Assembly: GCA_964016885.1 (NCBI GenBank)
Contig: OZ024741.1
Coordinates: 193,502,001-193,566,000, forward strand
Direction of reading: 5' to 3'
DNA: 64,000 bases
Origin: Eledone cirrhosa
Taxonomy: Eukaryota
Below are positions 26,548 to 38,605 of the stretch, piece after piece; position 1 is the stretch's first letter; every line of letters begins with the position of its first letter. The position numbers and the translations under genes were made by a program. Below the pieces are notes generated by a model. It saw only the letters and a list, made by a program, of their open reading frames with translations, did no database searches and was not told where the DNA came from.

Positions 26548-29500
26548 ACATGGGTAGATAAAGTAATCTCAGTGTACAGGGTAAATGCAAGAATCATTAA
26601 ACTCAGACTAGTCCTGAATAAGACAATTACCACAATAATATCAGCTTATGCACCCCAATCGGGGCTGCCAGACGAACTTAAGGATAGGTTTTACGAGTCC
26701 CTAATACACACTACTGCTCTAACAGACGACAAGGACTTCCTAATCATTGCAGGAGATTTTAACGGACACGTAGGTAAACACTGCGACGGCTTCAATAGAG
26801 TACATGGAGGCCATGGAGTTGGCACAAGGAATGAGGAAGGATTCAGACTTCTAGAATTCTGCGACGCCAATGACATGTCGATATGTAACACAAACTTTAA
26901 AAAACCCGACAACCACCTGATCACCTATAGATCAGGGGAGCACTCTAGTCAGTTAGATTTTATCCTCACCAGAGGACGTGACAGATGGACGGTCGTAAAC
27001 ACAAAAGCCTTCCCTAGTGAGGAATGTACATCCCAACATAGCTTAGTTGTCAGCGACCTCATGGTCAGAACTAGACAAACCCGGAAACAGAGGCCAACCT
27101 GGATAAGAAAGATCTGGAAGCTGAAAGTCCCCTCAACCAGTAACAGATTTAAAGATATTTTACTCAACGCCTACGACAGTAAAGAAGAACAGATAGAGAC
27201 ATTTAACGTAGAAGAGAACTGGGAGTTCCTAAAAAATAACTTACTAGAGGCGACGGATGAGGTTTGTGGCTGGAGTAAGACCTCAAGCAGGAGGAGAGTG
27301 ACTTGGTGGTGGAACAATAAGGTAGATGAAGCAGTCAAGGCCAAGAGACAGGCATGGAAAGAATGGAAGAACGGGGGGAGCAGGGTACATTACATAGAGA
27401 CCAAGAGGGAAGCTAGGCGACAAGTATACTTAGCTAGGAGGGAAGCAGAGGATAGAAAATTCAAGCATGTTTTACAACGTGAGGACCAGAAACAGGAGGT
27501 ATTCAAGATTGCGAGGCAGTGTGTCAGAGATAGTTGTGATGTCATTGGAGAGAAGTGTATCCGGAATGATAAAGGTGAGCTTGCCCTCACAAGTGCTGAG
27601 AAGAAAGATGCATGGAAGAGTCATTATGATAGATTACTAAATGAGGAGAATGCATGGGAAGAAGAGACCCTACCCCACGTAGACCCTATAGAGGGACCAG
27701 CAGTACAAGTCAGCGGCAGCGTAGTAAGTAAGGCAATCAGAGATATGAAGATAGGGAAGGCAACCGGTCCATCGGGTATAGCTGCCGAGATGCTGAAGGC
27801 ATCTGGGTCTGTAGGTCACACTATAACCACACGTATCGTTAACCAGGTAATACTAGAAGGGGCCATACCAAAAGATTGGTGCAGTAGCATCATTGTCAAC
27901 TGCTACAAAGGTAAAGGCGATGCACTAGATAGAGGAAACTATGGAGGTATAAAGTTGATGGACCAGGTCATGAAAGTAACAAAAAGAGTTATAGCACAGC
28001 TGATTAGGAACCGGGTGAATATAGACGAGATGCAATTTGGATTTGTACCAGGGAAAGGCACCACTGATGCCCTCTTCCTTGTAAGGCAATTACAGGAAAA
28101 GTACCTAGCTAAAAGTAAGCCACTCTACTTGGCATTTGTCGACCTTGAGAAAGCCTTTGACAGAGTTCCACGTGCAGTAATCTGGTGGGCTCTTAGAAAA
28201 CTAGGAGTAGATGAATGGCTTGTGAAAGCGGTACAAGCCATGTATAGGGGAGCAGTCAGCAAAGTTAGGATTAGCAATGAGTATAGCGAGGAATTTAGCG
28301 TACAGGTTGGGGTCCACCAGGGCTCTGTTCTTAGCCCTCTCCTGTTCATCATAGTCCTGCAGGCAATAACGGAGGAGTTTAAGACCGGATGCCCATGGGA
28401 ACTCCTGTATGCTGATGACCTCGCACTCATAGCTGAATCTATGGTAGAACTAGAGAATAAATTCCAAACCTGGAAGCAGGGACTAGAGAGAAAGGGCCTC
28501 AAAGTCAACATGACAAAGACTAAGGTCCTTGTAAGTAGACGAGAAAACAGAACCCAGATCCCCTCAGGGAAATGGCCTTGCTCAGTATGTAGGAAAGGTG
28601 TAGGTAGGAACTCCATTCTCTGCCCCAAATGCAAACAATGGGTACACAAGAGATGTAGCGGGATCTCAGGAAGCTTAATTAAGAATGTAGGATTCACATG
28701 CAGCAGCTGTGCTGAAACAGCAAGCAAACAGCCACAGGAAACAAGTACCACCAATCTCTGGGAGGGCCCTGTAGAAACAGTAGACAGCTTCTGCTACCTA
28801 GGTGACCGAATTAGCAACGGAGGTGGGTGCTCAGAAAGTACAATAACTAGGGTAAGAACGGGATGGAAGAAGTTTAGGGAACTACTACCACTGCTAGCTG
28901 CAAAAGGCTTCTCCCTCAGAATGAAAGGCAGACTGTATGATGCGTGTATTCGAACAGCGATGTTGCATGGTAGTGAGACCTGGGCGCTGAAGGTGGAAGA
29001 CTTACGTAGATTAGAGAGAAATGAAGCCTGCATGCTCCAATGGATGTGTAACAGTAATATACGTGAACAACAAAGCATAAAGGAATTGAGAGAGAGACTG
29101 AGCATAAGAGGAATCAAATGCTGCGTGCAGGAGAGGCGGTTACGCTGGTATGGACATGTGATGCATATGAAGGATGACAGCTGCATAAAAAGGTGCAGAG
29201 CACTAGAAGTTGATGGAAACCGCGGAGTGGGGAGACCCAAGATGACTTGGGATGAGGTGATAAAAGCCGACCTTACCCAACTACACCTCTTAAAGTCAAT
29301 GACACACGACCGTGACTTCTGGCGTCACGCAGTAATACAGGGTACCCGACCTCCCATGGGTACATGCTGAAGCATATAAACAATATGCCCCCACTCCCCC
29401 CACCGCAAGGTGGTCGTGGAGGTGCCACGGCAAAAAAAGCACCCAGCCCACACTGTAAAGTGGACGTGTAGGCGCCACGAAAAAGCACCCAGCACTCACT

Positions 29501-29669
29501 GTAAATGAGGTTGGTGTTAGGAAGGGCATCCAGCTGTAGAAATCAAGCCAGATCAGTTCCTGTATGAGCAAGGCATGGTCAGCCGACCAGACACTGCCCA
29601 CAACAGGACAACCCGTCTAACCCATGCTAGCGTGGAAGAACGGACGTAAAACGGTAATGATGATGATGA
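26548..29669 (+). mobile_element. Young 5'-truncated RTE LINE with uninterrupted EN-RT-PHD ORF (stop at 29370)
   Basis: SAYAPQ, AGDFNGHVG, QFGF, FVDLEKAFD, GVHQGSVLSP, LYADD, C4HC3 finger, RRLRWYGHV; (TGA)n tail. Confidence 0.97.
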
Positions 29670-30335
29670 ATCCCTTAGATTATATAATATGCTGGACATT
29701 TTTATGTTTTTATGGAAACTATTCAGAAAATGTACAGTATTATATATTTCATTATAAAATATTATCAGCTTGAGAAAGGTAAAATATTAAAATCAAAAGA
29801 TTACCAATTCCTTTTCAATGATCTGCTCACCATTAATAAGATCTTTAAAATCATAGGAGTAACCAAAGATTCAACTAAGGGCAATAATACTCTTATCCAC
29901 AAAGCCACTGATGCATGTATAATTACTGTTACAAATGTTTAGGACATTTATGAATTTCCAGCTATCATTATCCTATATTTTATTCAGATACAGTGTAGGA
30001 TTAAATACACTTAATTTTTAAGACAGTGATGGAGATTTGGCTGCTATTTCTAGGAAGTCAAAAGATCATGTAGAGTCTTCCTTGTCGGCTGTTAGTATAT
30101 CTGGCAAGATGTAAGCCTACAGTAATATTTTAACTAGGCAACATGAGTTACCACTACTTACAGCTGTGTGTCATTCCTAGTTGTAACAAGATGGAGGACT
30201 ACATTGTGAAATAAGTGTATTGGCTATAGATAGAACAGAGAACAAGCTATTGGCCTATAGCAGTCATCCAAAGTTTACAACCAACACCAACTACGGGATC
30301 CACAACAATAAAAGTGTAGTCCAGACATAACTAAC

Positions 30336-30475
30336 CTATTCAGTCGAACTTCAAGAACATGGATTCTAAATATGGCTTCTTCGCAGTATTTCAAATACTC
30401 ATCTTCTTCATGTTTCTGCATTGTCATCTGATTCTTTTGGTACCATTCTTGTTTTTTCACCAACTCTTTAGTTTC
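30336..30475 (-). CDS. DRC7: DRC7 penultimate coding exon
   Basis: tttag|GAAACT...AATAG|gttag; 140 nt, ends in phase 2; ETKELVKKQEWYQKNQMTMQKHEEDEYLKYCEEAIFRIHVLEVRLNR. Confidence 0.93.
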
Positions 30476-31297
30476 CTAAAACAGAATTAATGAAATTAAT
30501 AAAATATATTAAAATATCACTGGACAGATTTTACAGGCAAAACCAATTGGCGGGAGACCCAGGAGTTAACCCCTAGCAAAATGGCTAGATAACACCCATG
30601 AACTTGGCTGGTCTTGCTCAGGGATCTAGCCAGATCAGTTGAAGATGGTTGCTTCTGACAGGATCTGCTGGAAAGTGTGTTTGAGAACACTTCCCCCCAT
30701 GACCTTCTCAGGAATAAGTGGACAAAGAAGAAGATATTAAAATATATTTTTTTTAAATAACTACTGTTATTTTTTTTTAAATAACGACTGTTTAGATTAT
30801 ATTTCATCAGTGAGAGACTGAAACATCTCCTGAGTTGTGAGAGCATGAGTACATAACCTAATATTAATAAAGCAAAACATCATCACTCCTTGCTACATTA
30901 AATGTATGACTCCTTGCTGCATTTACTGTAATTTTTTCATTGACCTTCAGTCTCTATCACAAACATAGTGGCATAGCAGTAGTAAGTCACCGCAACCATC
31001 TTTAAAGAACACAGTCTTGTCTCTACATGGTAAATCATCTTCAAATGTTTCGACACATACACAACAGAGCAAAATAGCAAGACAGAGACACAGACAGAAT
31101 GAGAAATGTTAGTAGGAAGAAAAACTGAAAAGAAATAGGACTAAAGAAATTGAAACAGATATACAAATGGAGGGACAGACAGACAGACAGATATATATAT
31201 ATACATATACACATGCAGCATATATACATACATATATACATACATATGTATATACATATTTACATATGCATATATATATGTACACACACATGTATAA

Positions 31298-31331
<34 letters not shown>

Positions 31332-31450
31332 ATATACATATATATATATATACATATATACATACATTCTTATATATATTGCAGGGAAAACAGACATTAA
31401 AACGATGATAATGATGATGGTGATGATGTTTGTCATTTTCTTGAATTATA

Positions 31451-31490
<40 letters not shown>

Positions 31491-31787
31491 TGAAACAAAA
31501 TGAAAACGAAATTTCATTTCTCACTCTTAGTATGGCACTTACTTAAATGTAAGTATGCATGTATACGTACATACATATATGTATACAGACATACAGTAGC
31601 ATGCACATATATATATATATATACATATATACATACATATGCATACAGGTACACATACATATATGCACGTATCAGTTTAGCGGCGCTAACGTCGCTTTGT
31701 TCGTTTGTAAACAAACTGAACAGCCTGAATTTATGCCATACGGTGTTAAGGCAACCACGTCACCTTTTTGTTCAACACTGACACAGG

Positions 31788-31832
31788 AACGATGTACTAG
31801 TTTCAAGCTTGTTAGCTATCATCAGCACCGTT
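31788..31832 (-). ncRNA. Minimal type-I hammerhead ribozyme motif (copy 1)
   Basis: Minus strand reads AACGGUG-CUGAUGA-U-AGCU-AACA-AGCU-U-GAAAC-UA-GUA/CAUCGUU: 7-bp stem I, 4-bp stem II, palindromic stem III (ACUAGU), GUA cleavage triplet. Confidence 0.8.
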
Positions 31833-32255
31833 TACCCATCTGCCAGATAGTTGAACGTTCGAAAGTATATACTTTCCTTATGAAAATTAACGGCTGAGCA
31901 GCCTAATTTGCATATTGAGTGAGTTAAATTGGTCAGGCATACCGAAAACGATAAATTGAAACAAAATGAAAACGAAATTTCATTTCTCACTCTTAGTATG
32001 GCACTTACTTAAATGTAAGTATGCATGTATACGTACATACATATATGTATACAGACGTACAGTAGCATGCACATATATATATATATATATACATATATAC
32101 ATACATATGCATACAGGTACACATACATATATGCACGTATCAGTTTAGCGGCGCTAACGTCGCTTTGTTCGTTTGTAAACAAACTGAACAGCCTGAATTT
32201 ATGCCATACGGTGTTAAGGCAACCACGTCACCTTTTTGTTCAACACTGACACAGG

Positions 32256-32300
32256 AACGATGTACTAGTTTCAAGCTTGTTAGCTATCATCAGCACCGTT
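32256..32300 (-). ncRNA. Minimal type-I hammerhead ribozyme motif (copy 2)
   Basis: Identical to the 31788-31832 motif, offset by 468 nt. Confidence 0.8.
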
Positions 32301-32640
32301 TACCCATCTGCCAGATAGTTGAACGTTCGAAAGTATATATATATATATGGATATATATATATACACACAAATATATGAGTAGGCTTTGGAAACTTGCTAC
32401 AATGCATTGCAGTGGCTTCTAAAACTTATCCATTATTCATATTCCATAATGCTTCAAGCAAACCATAAAACTCTATTTGTTAGTGACATTACTAGTACAG
32501 CATGGTTCTGAATAAAAGTATAATACTAACCCATCAAACTTGTTCTATATGTAAATAAACTAACAACAAAGGTAGTTTGTTTATACATCTGTAAGAAGGT
32601 GGATATTACTTTTATTTCAGTATCTTGTAGTAAGCAAGCA

Positions 32641-32681
32641 TCTGCTGATGATTATAAAATCCTGAAATACATGTATACGGC
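32641..32681 (+). ncRNA. Degenerate hammerhead-like motif
   Basis: CTGATGA-T-tataaaatcc-T-GAAA-TACATGTAT-A-cgg; palindromic stem III, broken stem II. Confidence 0.35.
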
Positions 32682-32773
32682 ACCCTTACATGAGTGCTGA
32701 GGTAGCTGTGATATGATCGCAGCTTAAAATACACAGTGAGACTTTATGTATGTTTATTATACATAAATATAAT

Positions 32774-32959
32774 TGTTTCTACTTTTGGCACAAGGCTAGC
32801 AATTACCCAGTACATTACTGGTACTTTATTTTATCTACCCCGTAAGGATGAAAGGCAAAGTTAACCTTGGCACGATTTGAACTCAGAATGGCAAGGGGCG
32901 TAACTCTATGCATCAAAGCATGGTGTCCGACCCTCTACCTATACTGCCAGTCCACCGCC
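32774..32959 (-). mobile_element. tRNA-derived SINE (GGCGG-head family)
   Basis: 18-bp TSD ATTATA/GCATAAATATAAT (32756-32773 and 32960-32977); homologous to 40266-40451. Confidence 0.9.
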
Positions 32960-33178
32960 ATTATGCATAAATATAATGTAATCAGTTCATATACACCTTT
33001 ATATATAGAGAGAAAGGGGGAGGAGAGAGGGAAAGAAAAAGAGAGATGCAAGCGAATGGATGGATAGACAGACAAGCAGACGGCATATTGATAGATTCAT
33101 AAATAGATGGACAGCTAGGTACAAAAATAGATAGATTGCTAGTCAGACAGAGACACAAAAAAGTGAGAGTTTAAGAAC

Positions 33179-33376
33179 CTTCTCAAAACGCATTTGGATT
33201 AAGTTGGCTTTATCTTCAATTCTCTTCTTGAGGTCAGCCAGGCATGCTTCCTTCACACCGATCGCCTCTTCCCAGTTTAACTTAGCAGGGTCTCCAATCC
33301 GAGCTAAAAATGGTGCTAAGTAATCCACTTCCAACGTTGATCTCTTCTTTTTTGCTTCCAGATCTTCTATTTCTTT
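33179..33376 (-). CDS. DRC7: DRC7 coding exon
   Basis: ccacag|AAAGAA...GAGAAG|gttctt; 198 nt; contains DYLAPFLA...CLADLKKRIEDKANLIQMRFEK, characteristic of the DRC7 C-terminal region. Confidence 0.93.
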
Positions 33377-33799
33377 CTGTGGAAGCAAAGAAAGAGTAAA
33401 AGGGAGATAAGTGTCCAATGCAGAATGGGTTATTTAATCAGATTAATGATAGAAATATAGTAAACGGAATGGTAGTGATCAGTGGGACATTAGATTATCT
33501 CATATCACTTATCTCTCTCCCATTCTCTCCCTCTCTCTCTTTCTCTCTCTTGCTCTCTCTTCTTCTAACTTCCTCATTGCCTCTCTCTATCTCTCTTTTC
33601 CTCTTATTTACACATACACTGGGCTGTCTTTAACTGTTTCGCGTATATTTATGCTTTCTCTCACTTTCATAGAGAGAGAATGTGTGTCTCTTTTGTTACA
33701 ATCATCCCAACACACAAATAGCTATACAGAGATACATACATATGTGTTTGTGCGTGTGTGTGCATGTGTGAGTGTGTGCAAGTGTATTTAGATTATATA

Positions 33800-35600
33800 T
33801 TACAATAACAATATATGAGGTTCATTCTTTTTATTTCATTATGTCATTCTACAACTGTTTCAGTGCTTTGTGTGATTACTCAGTCAAACTTATGAAATAT
33901 TAGGAACTCCAATTACATAATTCTGAACTAAAAAAGATTAGCAAAACAACATCCCCATCACAATGGGTTTGAGTGATTAAGTGCAGGTTACTGACATGGT
34001 CTGAATATATTTACTGTATAAACTAACTGAAGAATTTCCAAATTTGCAACTTTATTGGTCTGATCCTCTTCTAATGGTAAATAAGTTTGGTGGTTTGAAT
34101 TAGAAAGAAGAAATAAAAGGATACAAATGTTTGTTTGTTTTTTAATATTAAATCTAGGCCTTCAGATTGCCATTCAAAGCAATTATAAGAAAGTTAATTT
34201 CTTAGACATAACATTAGAACTAGATTCATGTTTATATAGACCTTTCCATGAAAATCTTAACTACATAAACAAAATTTCCAAACACTCGGTATCTATAATT
34301 AATTTTATAGTATCCCTAAGGATTTCCAAGATATCTACTAATGAAGCAATCTTCAATGAAAATGTAGAGTTGTACACCTTGGTTCTGAAAAGATCTGGCT
34401 TTAATGAAAAGATTAATTTTTTCCTTACACAAAAGCAGATTCATATTTAGCATCTGATGCTATAAGTATAAAAATAAAACAGGATTAGGCCAACATTGGG
34501 ATAATGCTAGGAAATGTAGTAATTAGAGGGATATGGGAAACAATTAATTAGCTCTAGACCATTTTGAACAGAGTGAAAAACATATAAGTAAAACCAAGAG
34601 ATATAACAAAGATTCTCTACTAACCATAAAGTGGGTAAGAGAAATTCATATGTAAATGAGGGATAAGATGGAAATAATTGATCTAAAATTCCAAAAAGAC
34701 TAGAAGAGAGAGAATCTAGTGGATCACTTTGTAGGAATAGGAAATAAGAAATGTCACCTGATTCACTCCTCCATATGGTACCCAGCTACAATCTAAATTC
34801 CCAAATAAAGAGAACTAATACAATAGGGGCTAGTCATATGAATTTATACTGAAGAGATGTCTGGATATTAATAATAGAAGAAATAATACTAGACAAAATA
34901 AGTGGACAATGCACAACTCAAGTACCAATAAAGAGCCACCTTGTGCAACCAACAGCTGCTCCTTCAGAAGAAATGATTATTGATATAATTATAGATTGAG
35001 GTCAGACAGGAAATCATGATGGAGGGAATATATTTAGGGAAAGAAGATTGTTAAAATGTAATTGTAGACACTGGAAGAATGTCCAATTAAATGCAATTGG
35101 CTAAGGAAAGCATAGAATACAACTGTAACGTCATCTTTTCTGGGAGAATACAAAATCATATACACCACTAACAGTTCATTTAAGAAAGACTTCTATGTTA
35201 AAATATGCTCTTTTAAAATTAAAAATCTTAGCAATAGCACATCATTGGCAAAATATCTGTGAGTGGTAAAACATAAAACCATTACCTACAACCTGATATA
35301 GTCCCCTATCAATTCATAAAAACCTTACTTACTAAGAAGAGCATATAGGATTTAATCCATGCTTACCAGAGGCATTGGAGGTTCTCATACATAATGAATT
35401 GCTTAACTAAAGAGAACTCATATTTTCTTGTCTGTACTGAGCTTTGAAAGTAGATTTAAAGATGGAATTACATAAGACGTTTACAGTTGACATATCCTGA
35501 AGTTATGATATAACCTAAAATAGTGTACTCTATACCAACATAAAATAATATAAATATGAGATATGTAATACTCATTTCTGGAGTTGAATACCAACAGACT
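33800..35600 (+). mobile_element. Decayed Penelope-like element (RT thumb plus GIY-YIG), with probable inverted terminal piece at about 33800-33960
   Basis: KKVNFLDITLEL...YRPFH...RISKISTNEAIF...SGF; CNCR..CP remnants near 35055; 33805-33875 resembles the reverse complement of 36870-36940. Confidence 0.7.
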
Positions 35601-36902
35601 TGTTTTCCTTTACATTTATGACTGACATCAAATAATATATTATGATTTATTGCTGTGCAAATTACTAATTGTTCTCTACTTTGTTTTATGATGTTTTTTT
35701 ATTCAACTTATTTTATTTAATTAATGCTCAGCATTACTTGAATGTCATATAAATTGATTATTAATTATACTTAGTTTTTTAACACAAAATAATATCCAGT
35801 TACAGTTATCATAAATGCCTGTAGCTAGACTAAGGAAATAACTGTATTTTACAAATGTATTCCATGTAAAACTAACAATATTAACATCATAACAGTGTTA
35901 AAGTAATCCAAGTAACTGAAATTCCTTCTTTGATATCTAAATTTATGATAAAAGTTTTAATTCTAATGCCCTCTCATGAGTCAAATGTTAGGACATTACA
36001 GTTGGATATGGGCTGACTATTATATTATTGTAAATGATACAAACTTGATTAATATATCCCATTAACACATTAATTAATCAACCAGCGAACCTACAAGGGA
36101 AAACATTTATTATGAATGAATTGATAAACATCATAAGTCAACCAAAATACCTTCCTTATTTATGCATAATTCAACTTAATTTAATTTAATAAGGAAAATA
36201 AAATACAGTTATCTGTACTCACACTTAGCATCTCAAAGGGCCAGAGTAAAACAAAACTGAAGACAAGATTTGAACAATTGAAAATGTCTGATAATTATTC
36301 TCATCTTTTTTACTTATATACACATTAACTGAATACACAAAACAAAGGAAAAGTCCTTTATAAAAACATATTAATCAATCATGAATATTAAGCTGAAAAT
36401 GAGACATCTAGACATCTCTGTATCCTTGGACGCTCATGAAAAAATGGACTTCAGATAATAAACACCTTAGAGAGTTGACATAGATTTGATCCGTCTCTTC
36501 CCCATCTAATGTTGATCTGACAGCTGAAATACCCAATGAAAATGATCCCTACTATTGCAAAGACATACTTGTGTTTCTATCTCTTTTCTATTTTTCTGTT
36601 TTCTTGTTCATTTTTACTATTTTTTTTATTTTTCTATTTTCTCTTTCTCATCTTTTAATTACATATTTTTTTTATTCTTTATTTATTCTTTACCATTTAT
36701 CTCTATTTATTCTGGTGTGTGGGTATAGATAACTTCAGTTTAAATTGATGTACTATATCAGAACTTTTTATAGTTATTGATTTCCTGAAGATGGGCTCTA
36801 GCAGGTGATTAATTCATTTATAATTATTTAATTACAGTTACTAATGCTGTATAAAATTGATTTAGTAATTGTACAAGGCATTGAAACTATTGGAGAATTA
36901 AC

Positions 36903-37029
36903 AAAATAAAAAATAATAAACCTCATATGTTGTTATTATGATTATTACACTTTATGCATAGCATGTAGTGTTATGCATAAAGTGTAATAATTATAGTAAC
37001 AACATATGAGGTTTATTCTTTTTTATTTT
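36903..37029. repeat. Long near-perfect inverted repeat (hairpin)
   Basis: Arms of about 58 bp, aaaataaaaaataataaacctcatatgttg...tatgcata and tatgcata...caacatatgaggtttattcttttttatttt, with 3 differences. Confidence 0.9.
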
Positions 37030-37034
37030 ATGCT

Positions 37035-37585
37035 CTGAATGCCTCTTCAATCACTGGGTGCCTCAAGCAAACCAAAGTGGATGACCTCTACTTGCTTAAT
37101 GGCATTGCTCCCTCTCACATCAGGACAATCCACTTCCAACTTGTGAAGTTGAAGTTGGAAACTGGCCTTCATCATCCACTCCATGGCTATGAACCAATGA
37201 CAAAGAGACTCAAGTCTAGACACAGCTCTCTACACTCAGTCAAACCACTGTACAACAGAGCTTCTAGTCAGTGCCTGTCTCAGTGGTGCAGTCATCTTAA
37301 TGACGTGGAACACAGGCTCTCTCTCAGCCCTACAGAATCTCTCCCCAATGGCTCCAGTGATGCCTGGCCCTTCTGATCCTGCCTGAATCACCTCTGAACA
37401 GCTGTTGAGCCAACCTTTGGAAAGGGGGATATACAACTGATGATGATTCCAACTGCCAATGCGGGCAATTACAAATTATGGAGCACCTTTAAGTTTGCCC
37501 CAATCTTGAAACCTTAACAACCCAAGCAAGGTTCTGTGCACAATGCTGAATGGATGGGGTGTAGCGACTCAATAAGAAGAAAACA
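37035..37585 (+). mobile_element. LINE C-terminal fragment (Ingi/Vingi-like; clade uncertain)
   Basis: ITGCLKQT..DLYLLNGIAP..IR, HPLHG...RLKSR, CQCG..QIMEHL..CP knuckle. Confidence 0.6.
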
Positions 37586-37776
37586 CTATGCAAGAACCAA
37601 TCAAATATAATTTGGATGTATTTAAGGGAGCACATCTTGATTATAAGAAGAAAATGCTAGAAATTGATAGTCACATTCACTCAGTGAATCCTCTGAAATA
37701 AGATGTGGTACATTGTGTCCAAAACCTTGGTGAGACATGGAAGTTATAAGTCAAAATTTACTAATTACCTAATATA

Positions 37777-37778
<2 letters not shown>

Positions 37779-37875
<97 letters not shown>

Positions 37876-37882
37876 GAGAGAG
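37779..37882. repeat. (GT)n(GA)n microsatellite
   Basis: Direct observation. Confidence 0.99.
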
Positions 37883-38268
37883 CATTAACATAATGCTCTT
37901 ATCATTTTGGGGGGTGCAGACATTCATAATTTTCCGACAACAATTTTTTTTTCCTTTTTGGTGGGAGTGCAACTGCACCCCACACACCTTCAGAAATACA
38001 CCAGTATGTGTGTATAATAAGAAAATTTTAAATTATAGCTTATAAATGTCGACCCATTGAACAAGGTCACTTTTTTTATGGTATCAGGAACCTGTTACCA
38101 TCAGAGAAATGGCCTTGGTTGATGTGTTGAAGAATAATAGGAAATGCAGTGAGATTACAAGGCAGGTTGATGGAGAAGATAGATAGCACTTTTACAATAC
38201 CATAAGCTGATGGTCAAAGGTAAAGCAAGACATATACCCAAGATGATTAAAACCTAAACCATGTGGCT

Positions 38269-38605
38269 CATCATCATCATCACCGTTTTACGTCCGTTCT
38301 TCCACGCTAGCATGGGTTAGACGGGTTGTCCTGTTGTGGGCAGTGTCTGGTCGGCTGACCATGCCTTGCTCATACAGGAACTGATTTGGCTTGATTTCTA
38401 CAGCTGGATGCCCTTCCTAACACCAACCTCATTTACAGTGAGTGCTGGGTGCTTTTTCGTGGCGCCTACACGTCCACTTTACAGTGTGGGCTGGGTGCTT
38501 TTTTTGCCGTGGCACCTCCACGACCACCTTGCGGTGGGGGGTGTGGGGGCATATTGTCTATATGCTTCAGCTTGTACCCATGGGAGGTCGGATACTCTGT
38601 ATTAC
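38269..38605 (-). mobile_element. Young RTE 3'-UTR-only insertion
   Basis: Near-identical reverse complement of 29331-29668; TSD TGTGGCT (38262-38268 and 38606-38612). Confidence 0.92.

Larger units (their letters stand above)
31485..32339 (-). mobile_element. Non-coding partial-tandem repeat (about 1.8 units of 466-468 bp) carrying two hammerhead ribozyme motifs; retrozyme-like or non-autonomous Penelope-like element
   Basis: Near-identical direct repeats 31485-31870 and 31951-32339, (TA)n on both flanks, no credible ORF, one hammerhead core per unit. Confidence 0.75.

Noticed and set aside
31485-32339. CRISPR array or LTR pair interpretation of the direct repeats
   Set aside because: No short repeat-spacer periodicity, no TG...CA ends or PBS/PPT, and only about 80 bp between repeats; fits a partial tandem unit.
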